Shown piece by piece: positions 1 to 9,296 of a stretch of 64,000 nucleotides of DNA. The stretch is from NCBI GenBank assembly GCA_021814695.1, contig JAKAHY010000004.1, forward strand, positions 24,481-88,480, in the 5' to 3' direction. Position 1 is the stretch's first letter. Each line of letters begins with the position of its first letter. The notes under the pieces are model-generated. The model was not told the origin of the DNA and did no database searches. It worked only from the letters and a program-made list of their open reading frames with translations. The position numbers and the translations under genes are program-made. The DNA is from a bacterium (GTDB taxonomy: Bacteria > Patescibacteriota > Minisyncoccia > UBA6257 > JAGOQP01).

Positions 1-158
1 TCTTTTGCGAAGTTGTTGTTGACTCCTATAGTAACCACACCGGAGTCGTCATTTTTTTCAACAAGGCGGCTGTTTTGAAACCACGTAAGAAAATTTGGTT
101 TGGAAATTTGAAGTTCCACATCAGCAAGTGTTTTTTCCCACAATTTTTTGAGATCCAT
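1..158 (-). CDS. dnaA: Chromosomal replication initiator DnaA, N-terminal fragment; the gene continues beyond the left edge of the window
   Basis: Reverse complement of 1-158 translates from ATG (156-158) as MDLKKLWEKTLADVELQISKPNFLTWFQNSRLVEKNDDSGVVTIGVNNNFAKE. This matches the conserved DnaA domain I pattern (LW..L..I...SKP.F.TW). The ORF is not in the supplied track because it is truncated by the window edge. Confidence 0.8.
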   Translation of the reverse strand, partial: MDLKKLWEKTLADVELQISKPNFLTWFQNSRLVEKNDDSGVVTIGVNNNFAK

Positions 159-245
159 AAATTAAATTTGAGCTATTTTTTAAAGCGTGGTTTCTAAGGT
201 TTTCGAGTTGAGACTATTCTAAACAAAACAGAGCGTAAATGAAAG

Positions 246-283
246 TGTGGAAAAATAGGGTGGTGTGAATAAGGTGTTAATAA
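246..283. promoter_or_regulatory. Three direct DnaA-box-like 9-mers upstream of dnaA, making this a candidate dnaA promoter/oriC element
   Basis: TGTGGAAAA (246-254), TGTGAATAA (264-272) and TGTTAATAA (275-283) each differ by 1-2 nt from the complement TGTGGATAA of the consensus TTATCCACA. They lie within 40 bp in an AT-rich region between dnaA and rpmH. Confidence 0.35.
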
Positions 284-365
284 TTTTTTTGAGCGGCTGT
301 TGCACTTACTACAAATCAGGAGTAGGATTTTGTCCAGCCCCTTCTTATAACCAAAAGGAGAAAAT

Positions 366-923
366 GTGGGAAGAAGAAGTTCTCAACACCACAGGCTTCC
401 ACGAAGCCGTTGTGCGGAATTTGGTCTGGATCCGGACGACCCCCGAAATACAATTGTGCGGGATGATAAAAAACATCGTGCCTATCATGAACTACTTGGA
501 AACAAAACACCAGAAGAAGCCATAAAGTACCTGTTCCTGGAGTGGTTCTCTCCAATATCGTATTTTGAACCGAAGTTCTTGAAAAACGAGCACTTGAGGA
601 ATTTTTTTCAGCAAGTTTGGGATGAGAGAATTATTGAGGGGTCGGTTTTATCGCATTTTTTCTGTAAAAAATGCGGAGGAAGGATCATTGAGAGCCAGAA
701 GCTGGCACAAATTAAGGTTTTTAATTGTGAACAATGCGGTGATTTTGAGTGTTTTTCGTGCATGATTTGTCTAAAACCGGGACAGATTGTGGTTGATAAG
801 GACCCAAACCTGTATCTTTGTAATTCTTGTATGACGGGTTTTATCAAAAAGAAAACCCGACTTCCAAAAAGGTTTAAGAAATACGCCCACATAATCTGGA
901 AAATCTGGATTAATTCCCAATAG
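366..923 (+). CDS. Zinc-ribbon protein with several CxxC pairs, function unknown
   Basis: 185-aa ORF with CKKCGG, CEQCGD, CFSCMIC and CNSC motifs typical of Zn-ribbon folds. It sits between dnaA and rpmH. The 265-525 ORF overlaps it in another frame and is shorter. Confidence 0.5.
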   Translation: MGRRSSQHHRLPRSRCAEFGLDPDDPRNTIVRDDKKHRAYHELLGNKTPEEAIKYLFLEWFSPISYFEPKFLKNEHLRNFFQQVWDERIIEGSVLSHFFCKKCGGRIIESQKLAQIKVFNCEQCGDFECFSCMICLKPGQIVVDKDPNLYLCNSCMTGFIKKKTRLPKRFKKYAHIIWKIWINSQ

Positions 924-1028
924 AACAACAACGAAGTTAATCGATAAGCGGCCCTCAAAGGCCACTTTTTGTTGTTTTAAAACGACCAGAGATTGATTTT
1001 AGCCGATACTTCTGGTAGTCTCGGTGAT

Positions 1029-1163
1029 ATGTCCAGAACATATCAGCCAAAAAAAGTAAAACGGAACAGAACGCACGGGTTTTTGGAGCGGGCAAGAACC
1101 GCCACGGGCAGAAGAGTCCTTTCTCGAAGGCGTGCCAAGGGAAGAAAAAAACTCTCCGTTTAG
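1029..1163 (+). CDS. rpmH: 50S ribosomal protein L34
   Basis: A 44-aa ORF absent from the track. Its translation, [44 protein letters not shown], is the canonical L34 sequence, and it lies immediately upstream of rnpA as in most bacteria. Confidence 0.9.
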   Translation: MSRTYQPKKVKRNRTHGFLERARTATGRRVLSRRRAKGRKKLSV

Positions 1164-1200
1164 TATTAATAAACGAATCTTGGACAGTTGAGTCATAAAC

Positions 1201-1533
1201 ATGCTGGCAAAAAAATACCGACTTCCAAGCTCTTTTTTTGAAAGATCAGAAAAGGAAAAGGCGCATCTTATCAGAACATCGGACAAAACGCTTTTTTCGG
1301 TAAAGATTTTTTCTTCTCCGCATGCATATGCGAGATTTGCCGCAGTTGCATCCAATGCCCGGTTTAAGAAAGCGAATCTCCGCAACAAAGCAAGAAGAAA
1401 AGTGTATGAAGCTATTCGTACAACGGATATCTATAAAACAAAAAAAATCGACTGTGTTATTTATTTAAAATCAGCGATTCTGGAGGCGGATGAAAAAATA
1501 ATCCAATTAGAACTAAAAAATATTCTGAAATAA
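1201..1533 (+). CDS. rnpA: Ribonuclease P protein component
   Basis: 110-aa basic protein (KKYRL...FSVKIF...ARF) in the conserved rpmH-rnpA-yidC order. Confidence 0.8.
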   Translation: MLAKKYRLPSSFFERSEKEKAHLIRTSDKTLFSVKIFSSPHAYARFAAVASNARFKKANLRNKARRKVYEAIRTTDIYKTKKIDCVIYLKSAILEADEKIIQLELKNILK

Positions 1534-1537
1534 AAAA

Positions 1538-2257
1538 ATGGTATCTCTTTTCAACGAAATATTATACAGACCGTTACTAAACCTACTGTTTTTAATATAC
1601 AACTCTACAGTTGCGGATTTGGGAATCGCAATTATTATTTTAACGATCGTTATCCGATTGGTGCTGCTTCCTCTTTTCTACAAAAGCGCCAAAGACCAGA
1701 CAATAATCCAAAAAATAACCCCGCGCATAAAAGAGCTTCAGAAAATTCATAAAGAAAACAAAGAAAAACAGGTTGAAGAAATAATGAAAGTTTATAAAGA
1801 GCATAAAGTTAACCCGTTTTCAGGTTTTCTTTTGCTTATTATTCAACTTCCGATATTGATAGCTCTTTACCAGGTTTTTCTAAAAGGTTTTTCAAAAAAT
1901 GTTTTATCTCAACTTTACTCGTTTGTTCCGGCCCCAGCTTCAATTCACACTATGTTTTTGGGAGTTGTCGATCTGAATATGCGGAACGTTTGGATTGTTG
2001 TTTTGGCGGGAATTTTTCAATATTTGCAGACAAAACTCATGATGGTTGTGGCAAAAACGAAGGTTGGAGATCAGGATAAAACCGTAGATATGGCCGCAAA
2101 AATGCAAAAAAATCTTATGATAATGGGACCTTTTTTGACGGTTGTTATTCTATATTCTTTGCCGGCAGCTGTAGGAATATATTGGCTGACAACTTCTGTT
2201 TTTTCGGTTATTCAACAGATAGTAATAAATAAAAAAATTGCCAAAAATGAACAATGA
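1538..2257 (+). CDS. yidC: Membrane protein insertase YidC/Oxa1 (short form)
   Basis: 239 aa with multiple TM segments. The conserved YidC core and the position after rnpA support the call. It ends in a TGA stop. Confidence 0.85.
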   Translation: MVSLFNEILYRPLLNLLFLIYNSTVADLGIAIIILTIVIRLVLLPLFYKSAKDQTIIQKITPRIKELQKIHKENKEKQVEEIMKVYKEHKVNPFSGFLLLIIQLPILIALYQVFLKGFSKNVLSQLYSFVPAPASIHTMFLGVVDLNMRNVWIVVLAGIFQYLQTKLMMVVAKTKVGDQDKTVDMAAKMQKNLMIMGPFLTVVILYSLPAAVGIYWLTTSVFSVIQQIVINKKIAKNEQ

Positions 2258-2681
2258 CGCCAAAGAAACAATCGAGAGTTTGATAAAATTAATGGGCTTT
2301 AATGATTTTGCAGTTTCTTACATTGAAGACTCCAGACGTTTTTTGATATTCATAAACGACGCTCCTTTCCTGCAGCGTTTTTTGCCTCAATTTATTTCCG
2401 ATCTCGAATTTGTGGTGAAAATGATTTTTAATAAAAAAAATATCGACATAGCTTTTATTGATATCAACAATTACCGTAAAGACAGGGAGGATCTTATTAT
2501 AAAACTTGCCAAAGCCGCCGCAAAAAAAGCTTCGGTAACTAAAAAAGAAGTTTCACTCCCCGCAATGAACGCTTATGAAAGAAGAATCATACATTCTGAG
2601 TTGTCGCTTCATCCGGATTTGAAGACAGAAAGTTCGGGAGAAGGAAAACAGCGTCACGTTATAATCAAGCCCATAGAATAG
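2238..2681 (+). CDS. jag: Jag/KhpB-like RNA-binding protein (R3H domain)
   Basis: 147 aa; the C-terminal YERRIIHSELSLHPDLKTESSGEGKQRHVII is an R3H-type motif. It overlaps the yidC stop, as is typical of this operon. An alternative ATG at 2247 is possible. Confidence 0.7.
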   Translation: MPKMNNDAKETIESLIKLMGFNDFAVSYIEDSRRFLIFINDAPFLQRFLPQFISDLEFVVKMIFNKKNIDIAFIDINNYRKDREDLIIKLAKAAAKKASVTKKEVSLPAMNAYERRIIHSELSLHPDLKTESSGEGKQRHVIIKPIE

Positions 2682-2741
2682 AGAAGCGCACAAGACACAA
2701 AAATAGTGGAACAAAAAAATAAGAACCGGTATTGCCGGTTC

Positions 2742-3590
2742 TTATTTTATAACTTCGGCGACGACTATTGATGACACAATAATGCAGAAAGCTATGAATT
2801 TTTTTACCTCAAATTTCTCCTTCAAAAGAAAAACGGAAGCAAAATAAACCAACAGCGGTTGCAATGAGAGAACTAAAATTGTGAACACGACTCCGGACTG
2901 CTGGTAACTGAAAAAATAATATATCCACCCGACGGTAGAAACGGCATTAGTGGCGATAAGCAACAACATTGTTTTATAGTCAACCATTTTCAAATAACGG
3001 ATATAAAAGAAAAGCATCACCATCATAACCAATCCTCCGCGAACAAATTCAAGCGATATCGGGTTCCAGGTAAAAAGAAATTGTTTTGAGATTACCGCGC
3101 CGAAAGGCAAGACAATCAGAGACCAGGCGGCATAGACGGCTTCTTTTTTAGACACCGAAAGCCGTCCTTTTTTATAATGGGCGGCAACCAAAACTCCGAC
3201 CGAAACCAGCGCCAAAATCAATGTAAGAGGCGAGCGTTCGCTGATAAAAAACAATCCCACAACCAAGACCGACGGAATATTGCTCAACAATCCGATGGTG
3301 TATGTTTCGGAAAGGGATTCTTTTCCCAATAATTTGTAATAAAAAACATTGGCGCCGACGATTATTACAAGATCAATGGCCAAAAGCAGAATGGTTGCGT
3401 TCGTAAACAGGCCGACCCCCAAAGGCGGGCTAAATAGGATCAAAAGCAGGGCATTAACAACAAACACCATCGGAAAGCTGTAAGCCATATAAGTTTCGTA
3501 AGACAGCTTTCTTTTTGAAAGGATTATTTTATCCACCACAGCGCTAGCTGCCTGTAAAATTGTCGCCGCCAGAGGCAGTAAAAGATTCAT
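2742..3590 (-). CDS. EamA/DMT-family polytopic membrane transporter
   Basis: 282 aa with about 10 hydrophobic helices and a duplicated 5-TM architecture. It has no specific motif beyond the family. Confidence 0.5.
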   Translation of the reverse strand: MNLLLPLAATILQAASAVVDKIILSKRKLSYETYMAYSFPMVFVVNALLLILFSPPLGVGLFTNATILLLAIDLVIIVGANVFYYKLLGKESLSETYTIGLLSNIPSVLVVGLFFISERSPLTLILALVSVGVLVAAHYKKGRLSVSKKEAVYAAWSLIVLPFGAVISKQFLFTWNPISLEFVRGGLVMMVMLFFYIRYLKMVDYKTMLLLIATNAVSTVGWIYYFFSYQQSGVVFTILVLSLQPLLVYFASVFLLKEKFEVKKFIAFCIIVSSIVVAEVIK

Positions 3591-3608
3591 AAGGGGTTGT
3601 TTTGGAGT

Positions 3609-6044
3609 TTATTTCATACTGCCCCACCGTTTTCCCATTTTACAGTCAACTTTAATGGGTACCTCAAGTTCAAACGCCGAATCCATAATTTTTTTAATTT
3701 CTTTAACCGCTAAACTATCTTTCTCTTTTTCCAGAAGGGAATCGTCGACTTCAAAAATAAGTTCGTCGTGAATGGAGAGAATCATTTTTATTTCCGAAGA
3801 AAAGTTTTTCCGGATATATTTTTCGGTTTTTATCATTGCTAATTTTAAAATATCCGCCGCCAGACTTTGGCTGGGCATATTTTTTGCGGCACGTTCGGCT
3901 TCGGATGAAAATCTCTGGTCGGTTGAATTGATTTGATGGACGTCCCTGAAACGGCCATTAATATTTTTGGCGATGCCGTCTTTTCGCGCTTGAGCCAAAA
4001 CTTTTTTATCCCATTCTTTTACAGCCGAGAACTCTTCAAAATATCTTTTGATAAATTCCTTGGCTTGATCGGGAGGGATGCCGGCATTTTGCGAAAATGC
4101 CCTAAATCCCATTCCGTACATAATTCCGAAATTTAAGGTTTTTGCCAAACGTCTCATTTGGGGCGTGACGTTCTCTTTAGAAACTTTGAATATTTTTTCG
4201 GCGGTAGCGGCATGGATATCTTTCCCGTTGCGGAAAGCCTCCGTCATATTTTTATCTCCGGTAAGAGACGCAAGGACTCTGAGCTCAATTTGAGAATAAT
4301 CGAAAGAAACAAGTGTGTGATTTTTTGGAGCAGTAAAAATATCTCTGATTTTTGATGCCCAGTCGGATTCGGCCGGAATGTTCTGAAGATTGGGGTTTTG
4401 GCAGGAAAGCCGTCCGGTGGCGGCCCCGAGTTGGAGGAACGTGGGATGGATTCTTCCGTCCGAAGAAACCAGTTTTTTGAAAGAATCGGTGTAGGTTGTT
4501 TTAAGTTTAAAAAGCTCCCGATAGTCCAATAAAACGTCAAAAATAGGCAGTGGATTTTTTTCTTTCGCCTTGGTAATCGATTCAGCCGAGGTGGAGTTTA
4601 TTTTTAAATTAAGTTGGGTTTGAAAATATTCCAGGAGCTGCTTGGGGGAGTTGGGATTAATGTGCCGGCCGATAATTTTAGCCAGTTTATCTTCGGCTTT
4701 TTTGACGGCTTGGCCCAACTCGCCATCAACCGAATTAAGTGTTTTTTGGTCAATTAAGACTCCGTTTTGTTCCATTTGGGCGATAACCGGAAGCAAGGGC
4801 ATTTCTATTTCATACATTATTTTATGAAGTCCCTTTTCCTCTATTTTTTTTGAGACCCAAGGATAGGCGCGCTGGTCAAACTCCGACTGAGGGAGACTCT
4901 CTTTGAATATTTTTTGGGACGCCTCTTCAAAATCATCCACGGTTATTCCCAAAAGTTTTAAGGCAATATCAATATCGAACAATGGAGGCGCAATTGGCCT
5001 TATTTTATAAAGATCCTTAAGGTTGTACCCGATTTTGATTTTGCCGGAGGAGATGTCTGTTTCGGCCAAAGATTCTATTGAGGCGGAAGTTATGACAATA
5101 AAATCCGAAGGTACGGATGTTTTTGGAAAAATTTCAACCTGTCTGGAATCAGTTTCCGGATCGGGCGCTTCTTTTTTGGAGCTCTCGGAAACATATCCGA
5201 TTCGTTTCAAAATGCTGGAAAAATCGTTTTCCGTTAAATAATCGGATAATATTTTTTTGTCGGGAGAAAATTCGATTTCTTTGAGAGTGACTTTAATCGG
5301 AATATCTCTGATTATTGTTACCAACTCTCGTGACATGAGCGCCGACTGTTTGTTTGAGATTATTTTTTCGAACGATTTTTCTTTCTGTCCGGTGTTTAAA
5401 AAATTTTCCAGAGTTTTGTATTTCTTTAGGATGTCGGATGCGGTTTTTGGTCCCACGTTCGGAACTCCCGGAACGTTGTCGGAAGCGTCTCCTACCAGCG
5501 CCTTATAGTCAATAAGTTGGTTTGAGGTTATTCCATAACGGTCGATAACGGCTTGTTCGTCGTAAATAATCGTGTCCGATATTCCTTTCCGGAAAGTTTC
5601 CACATTAACTTTGTTATCTTCAACTAATTGGAGCGAGTCCAAATCGCCCGTGAGTATGAGTACTTTAATATTTTTTTCTTTTTTGAATTTTTCGGCCAAA
5701 GTTCCTATAAGGTCATCGGCCTCGTATCCTATCTGGTCGAAAGTTTTTATTGAAAAACTTTCAAAAAGTTTTCTGGCATTGATTATCTGGCTGACGAGCT
5801 CATCGGGCGCTTTCGGGCGCTGAGCTTTATATCCGGAATATTTTTCTTTACGGAACGTCGGCTCAGGACGGTCAAAGCAAGCAGCTGCATATTCCGGTTT
5901 TTGAGAGCGTAAAATTTTAAGGAGTATATTTGAAACGCCGAAAAGTGCTCCAACAGGTTCTCCTTTGGGATTTGTCAGAGGAGGCAGCGCGTGGTAACAG
6001 CGATGGATGAGCGAATTGGCATCTATGAGTAGCAGGGTTTTCAT
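3609..6044 (-). CDS. polA: DNA polymerase I; 5'-3' exonuclease plus polymerase domains, with a degenerate 3'-5' exonuclease region
   Basis: 811 aa. The N-terminal FEN-like region (LLLIDANSLIHRCYHAL...GVPGVGPKTA) and the polymerase motifs (RRLAKTLNFGIMYGMG; ILSIHDELIFEV) are present. The middle region has no DxE Exo I motif, giving a Taq-like length. Confidence 0.9.
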   Translation of the reverse strand: MKTLLLIDANSLIHRCYHALPPLTNPKGEPVGALFGVSNILLKILRSQKPEYAAACFDRPEPTFRKEKYSGYKAQRPKAPDELVSQIINARKLFESFSIKTFDQIGYEADDLIGTLAEKFKKEKNIKVLILTGDLDSLQLVEDNKVNVETFRKGISDTIIYDEQAVIDRYGITSNQLIDYKALVGDASDNVPGVPNVGPKTASDILKKYKTLENFLNTGQKEKSFEKIISNKQSALMSRELVTIIRDIPIKVTLKEIEFSPDKKILSDYLTENDFSSILKRIGYVSESSKKEAPDPETDSRQVEIFPKTSVPSDFIVITSASIESLAETDISSGKIKIGYNLKDLYKIRPIAPPLFDIDIALKLLGITVDDFEEASQKIFKESLPQSEFDQRAYPWVSKKIEEKGLHKIMYEIEMPLLPVIAQMEQNGVLIDQKTLNSVDGELGQAVKKAEDKLAKIIGRHINPNSPKQLLEYFQTQLNLKINSTSAESITKAKEKNPLPIFDVLLDYRELFKLKTTYTDSFKKLVSSDGRIHPTFLQLGAATGRLSCQNPNLQNIPAESDWASKIRDIFTAPKNHTLVSFDYSQIELRVLASLTGDKNMTEAFRNGKDIHAATAEKIFKVSKENVTPQMRRLAKTLNFGIMYGMGFRAFSQNAGIPPDQAKEFIKRYFEEFSAVKEWDKKVLAQARKDGIAKNINGRFRDVHQINSTDQRFSSEAERAAKNMPSQSLAADILKLAMIKTEKYIRKNFSSEIKMILSIHDELIFEVDDSLLEKEKDSLAVKEIKKIMDSAFELEVPIKVDCKMGKRWGSMK

Positions 6045-6143
6045 AAAACAATTGTATCATACCGAAGGCCGTCTTTTGCCTTTTTACTTATCCACACATC
6101 AATTTTTGTTTTAACGTGCTATACTTTTTAAAAAGGCCAATAT

Positions 6144-7340
6144 TTGTCTAAATTTTTTTATATGGACAACAATCCCAATCCGTATCAGTTTCAAGGTCAA
6201 AATTCACAAAACCAACAAGGAGTTCCGCCTCCGCCGCCTTCTCCCGAAGCTCAAATCGGTGTCAGAAGTATGCAGTCCGATTTGGAGTCTGTAAGGCAGA
6301 GTGGTGGGGAGTCTCCGCAGTCTCAAATAATGAGCGCTCCTGAATTGTCCCAACCGGGACAATACCAGAGTCCGACGCCGGCCCAGACACAACCTCAGCA
6401 AGCGCCTTCCGAAGCACCGGCTCCGGTAGTAGAGGGGGTTCCGCCGACACCGGGATCGTCGCCTTCAAAATTTAATTTAAAAACAGTCCTTATTATAGTG
6501 GGCGGTATTATCGTTGCGATTGGAATCGGATACGGCGTCTATTATTTAGTGTCTTCTCTAGGGCAGGCACCGCAAGTAGTGACTCCTCAACCGCAAGCAT
6601 CTTTACCCATAGCCGTTCCGACAACAACGCCCGAAGTGGCCACAACAACATCGCAAGAACCTATTGTTCCGGTGGTAGCCCCGTTGGTTCACTCGTCTCT
6701 TATCTCTAACCCAACCAAAAAAGAAACCCTGACATTATCGGACACAAGCCTGGTTTCGTTTGAGGGCGCCTTGGCTACTTCTTCGGCGGAAAAATTGATC
6801 GCCGGATCAGTTAAAGATTTGGCCTTTGTTGATGCCAGTGGAACTCCTATAGAGTCCTCGGCTGTTATAGGGGCTTACTTCGCGCCACAAGCTTTTTCTC
6901 TCAATTCTCTTTTTGAAAGAGACTTTACTTCTTGGCTTTATTACGACAAAACCGGAGGTGCTAAGCTGGGGATGATATTTGAACTTAAGTCCGCCGTTGC
7001 TTTACCTCAAGCCTCCTCAACTGTTCAAGCCGCTCTTGAGAGTATTGCCTCAAACATTTCATCGTTCTTTATTTCAAATCCACCGACGCCATCGGATGTC
7101 ACTTTCAAAGACGGCGCCGTGAGCGGGGTTCCGGTAAGATTTTTGGTGTATTCTTCAAAAAATGCCGAAGCGTTTGAGTATGGGTGGTTTAGTATCGGGA
7201 CGAATAATTATCTTGTTATAGGAACCTCATACAATCAGATGGTGGATATTATAAAGCGCCTTAAAGCAATTCCGGTGGTTTCTACTCCGCCCGCAACCGG
7301 AACCACAACAACGTCCACCCCTAACCCAATGACTCCTTAA
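6144..7340 (+). CDS. Hypothetical membrane-anchored protein with a proline-rich N-terminus
   Basis: 398 aa. The N-terminus is low-complexity (PPPPPSPEAQ..., Q/P-rich), followed by one TM helix (LIIVGGIIVAIGIGYGVYYLV) and then a T/P-rich linker and a globular C-terminus. Confidence 0.5.
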   Translation: MSKFFYMDNNPNPYQFQGQNSQNQQGVPPPPPSPEAQIGVRSMQSDLESVRQSGGESPQSQIMSAPELSQPGQYQSPTPAQTQPQQAPSEAPAPVVEGVPPTPGSSPSKFNLKTVLIIVGGIIVAIGIGYGVYYLVSSLGQAPQVVTPQPQASLPIAVPTTTPEVATTTSQEPIVPVVAPLVHSSLISNPTKKETLTLSDTSLVSFEGALATSSAEKLIAGSVKDLAFVDASGTPIESSAVIGAYFAPQAFSLNSLFERDFTSWLYYDKTGGAKLGMIFELKSAVALPQASSTVQAALESIASNISSFFISNPPTPSDVTFKDGAVSGVPVRFLVYSSKNAEAFEYGWFSIGTNNYLVIGTSYNQMVDIIKRLKAIPVVSTPPATGTTTTSTPNPMTP

Positions 7341-7345
7341 TCTAT

Positions 7346-7690
7346 ATGATAAATCAAGAAAAAAAAGAACAAATTAAAAAACGCCTGGAGGATACGAAAT
7401 TATCTCTTGAGGCCGAAATAAAAAAATTAGAGACGCCGGTTGATGTCGGAGATTTTCCGGGAGAGGATGACAATACCGATGAATCCACGGCAACATTCAA
7501 TCAACGTTCGGCAGCCGCGTCTTTGCGTGAAGTGCTGACTAATACGGAAGCGGCGATTTCAAAGTTGGATAAGGGGACATATGGAATTTGCGAAGATTGT
7601 GGCGAAGAAATTTCCCAAGGCTTACTCGAAGTTGCTCCAGAAACCAGACTTTGTCAGAGTTGCAACAAGAAAAACGTCGTTAAAACTTAA
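7346..7690 (+). CDS. DksA/TraR-family C4 zinc-finger protein
   Basis: 114 aa. A coiled-coil N-terminus is followed by CEDCGEEI...CQSCN, the C4 finger characteristic of the DksA/TraR/YteA family. Confidence 0.7.
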   Translation: MINQEKKEQIKKRLEDTKLSLEAEIKKLETPVDVGDFPGEDDNTDESTATFNQRSAAASLREVLTNTEAAISKLDKGTYGICEDCGEEISQGLLEVAPETRLCQSCNKKNVVKT

Positions 7691-7705
7691 TGTTAAAATA
7701 ATCAA

Positions 7706-7731
7706 CAGTCCCGGCCAGCGGGACTGTTTTT
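7706..7731 (+). terminator. Rho-independent terminator after the DksA-like gene
   Basis: Stem CAGTCCCG / CGGGACTG with a 5-nt loop, followed by TTTTT. Confidence 0.6.
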
Positions 7732-7736
7732 AAACG

Positions 7737-9272
7737 GTGATTTCAAAAATATCCAAAATATATTCCGCCGATGTAGAGGGAATAAAATCCAGAATTATTG
7801 AAGTCGAGGTTGATATAAATGTTGGTCTTTCGGCATTCACAATCGTCGGCCTTGGGGATAAGGCGGTTTCGGAAGCCAAAGAAAGAGTTTCCTCGGCTCT
7901 TAAAAATACCGGGATAAAACCGCCGACAAGAGAGAATCGCAAGATAACAGTCAATCTTGCTCCGGCCGATATCAAAAAAGTCGGGTCTCATTATGACGTG
8001 GCTATTGCGCTGGGTTATCTGTCCGCTTCGGGGCAGATAAAACCGTTTTCGTCGGAAAAGAAAATATTTGTGGGTGAACTGGCGTTAGACGGAAAAATTC
8101 GTCCGGTTGCCGGAGTTTTGAACGTATGTTGCATGGCTAAAGAAAAAGGATTTGATGAAGTATATATTCCCCAGGCAAATTCGGCGGAGGTGGCGCATCT
8201 TTCCGGAATCAAAATTTATCCGGTATTTTCATTCGGTCAAATCGTTTCACATCTGGAATCGGCGACAAGAATCAATCCTTTGACTTATACGGATTTCGAT
8301 CCAGGGCTTGGACAGGGAGGAGTAAATATATCGGAAATAAGAGGGCAACGCGCCGCGAAAAGAGCCTTGTCGATTTCTGCGGCGGGTGGACACAATATAT
8401 TTATGTCCGGACCTCCGGGGGCCGGAAAAACAATGCTTGCCCAGGCTCTCGTTTCGATACTGCCCAAACTGGAATTTCAGGAAGCTTTGGAGGCAACTCA
8501 GATTTATAGTGCGGCCGGATTGCTTCTGGATAAACCGTTTATTTCCCAGCGTCCATTTCGGTCGCCTCATCACTCGGCATCTTTAGTTTCAATTGTCGGA
8601 GGAGGACAGAATCCGAAACCCGGAGAAATCAGTTTGGCTCATAGAGGGGTACTTTTTTTGGACGAACTTCCCGAATTTCACAGAGATGTCTTGGAATCTT
8701 TGCGCCAGCCTCTTGAAAGTGGTCAGGTAGTGGTCAGCCGATCAAAAGGCAGTATAGTTTTTCCGTCAAAATTTATTCTTGCAGCGGCTTCCAACCCCTG
8801 TCCGTGCGGGTATTATCAGGACGAAGAAAAAGAGTGCACCTGCAGCGCTTACGAGGTCGTTAAATATCAAAAAAAACTTTCCGGTCCGCTTTTGGACAGA
8901 ATAGATATCCATATCTGGGTGAATCGGATAAAGTCCGATGATTTAAAGATTCCCGTAGACACGAATGAATCCGAAAGAGTTCGCGAACAAATTGAAGCGG
9001 CGCGGGCAATCCAAAGAGAAAGGTTTTTAAATCTCAAACTTCCCATTTTTTCCAATGCCGAAATGTCTTCTTCTCAGGCTGAAAAAATAATTCAGATTTC
9101 TCCCCGGGCGCGTCAGATAGCGGAAAAGGCTTTGGATAAAGCTCATGTTTCGGCGAGAGGTTATTACAAAATTTTGAAAGTGGCCCGGACAATAGCCGAC
9201 ATGGACAATGCCGGTATTGTCGACGAGAATGCCCTAAGCGAGGCGTTTTCCTACAGGACGCGCATAAGCTGA
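7737..9272 (+). CDS. yifB: YifB/ComM-family Mg-chelatase-like AAA+ ATPase
   Basis: 511 aa with a GTG start. The N-terminal Lon-like domain (VEVDINVGLSAFTIVGLGDKAVSEAKERV), the Walker A GPPGAGKT, the LFLDELPEF motif and the C-terminal Mg-chelatase region are all present. Confidence 0.85.
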   Translation: MISKISKIYSADVEGIKSRIIEVEVDINVGLSAFTIVGLGDKAVSEAKERVSSALKNTGIKPPTRENRKITVNLAPADIKKVGSHYDVAIALGYLSASGQIKPFSSEKKIFVGELALDGKIRPVAGVLNVCCMAKEKGFDEVYIPQANSAEVAHLSGIKIYPVFSFGQIVSHLESATRINPLTYTDFDPGLGQGGVNISEIRGQRAAKRALSISAAGGHNIFMSGPPGAGKTMLAQALVSILPKLEFQEALEATQIYSAAGLLLDKPFISQRPFRSPHHSASLVSIVGGGQNPKPGEISLAHRGVLFLDELPEFHRDVLESLRQPLESGQVVVSRSKGSIVFPSKFILAAASNPCPCGYYQDEEKECTCSAYEVVKYQKKLSGPLLDRIDIHIWVNRIKSDDLKIPVDTNESERVREQIEAARAIQRERFLNLKLPIFSNAEMSSSQAEKIIQISPRARQIAEKALDKAHVSARGYYKILKVARTIADMDNAGIVDENALSEAFSYRTRIS

Positions 9273-9296
9273 TGCAATTCTGGTATAATTTGTCTG

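Noticed and set aside
265-525. 86-aa plus-strand ORF upstream of and overlapping the zinc-ribbon ORF
   Set aside because: It overlaps 366-923 in another frame. The longer ORF carries coherent CxxC motifs. No motif in the short one.
999-1388. 129-aa minus-strand ORF
   Set aside because: It lies antisense across rpmH and the 5' part of rnpA, both of which have unmistakable conserved translations.
3933-5823. Seven small plus-strand ORFs (61-83 aa) inside the polA locus
   Set aside because: All are antisense to the well-supported polA reading frame. No motifs.
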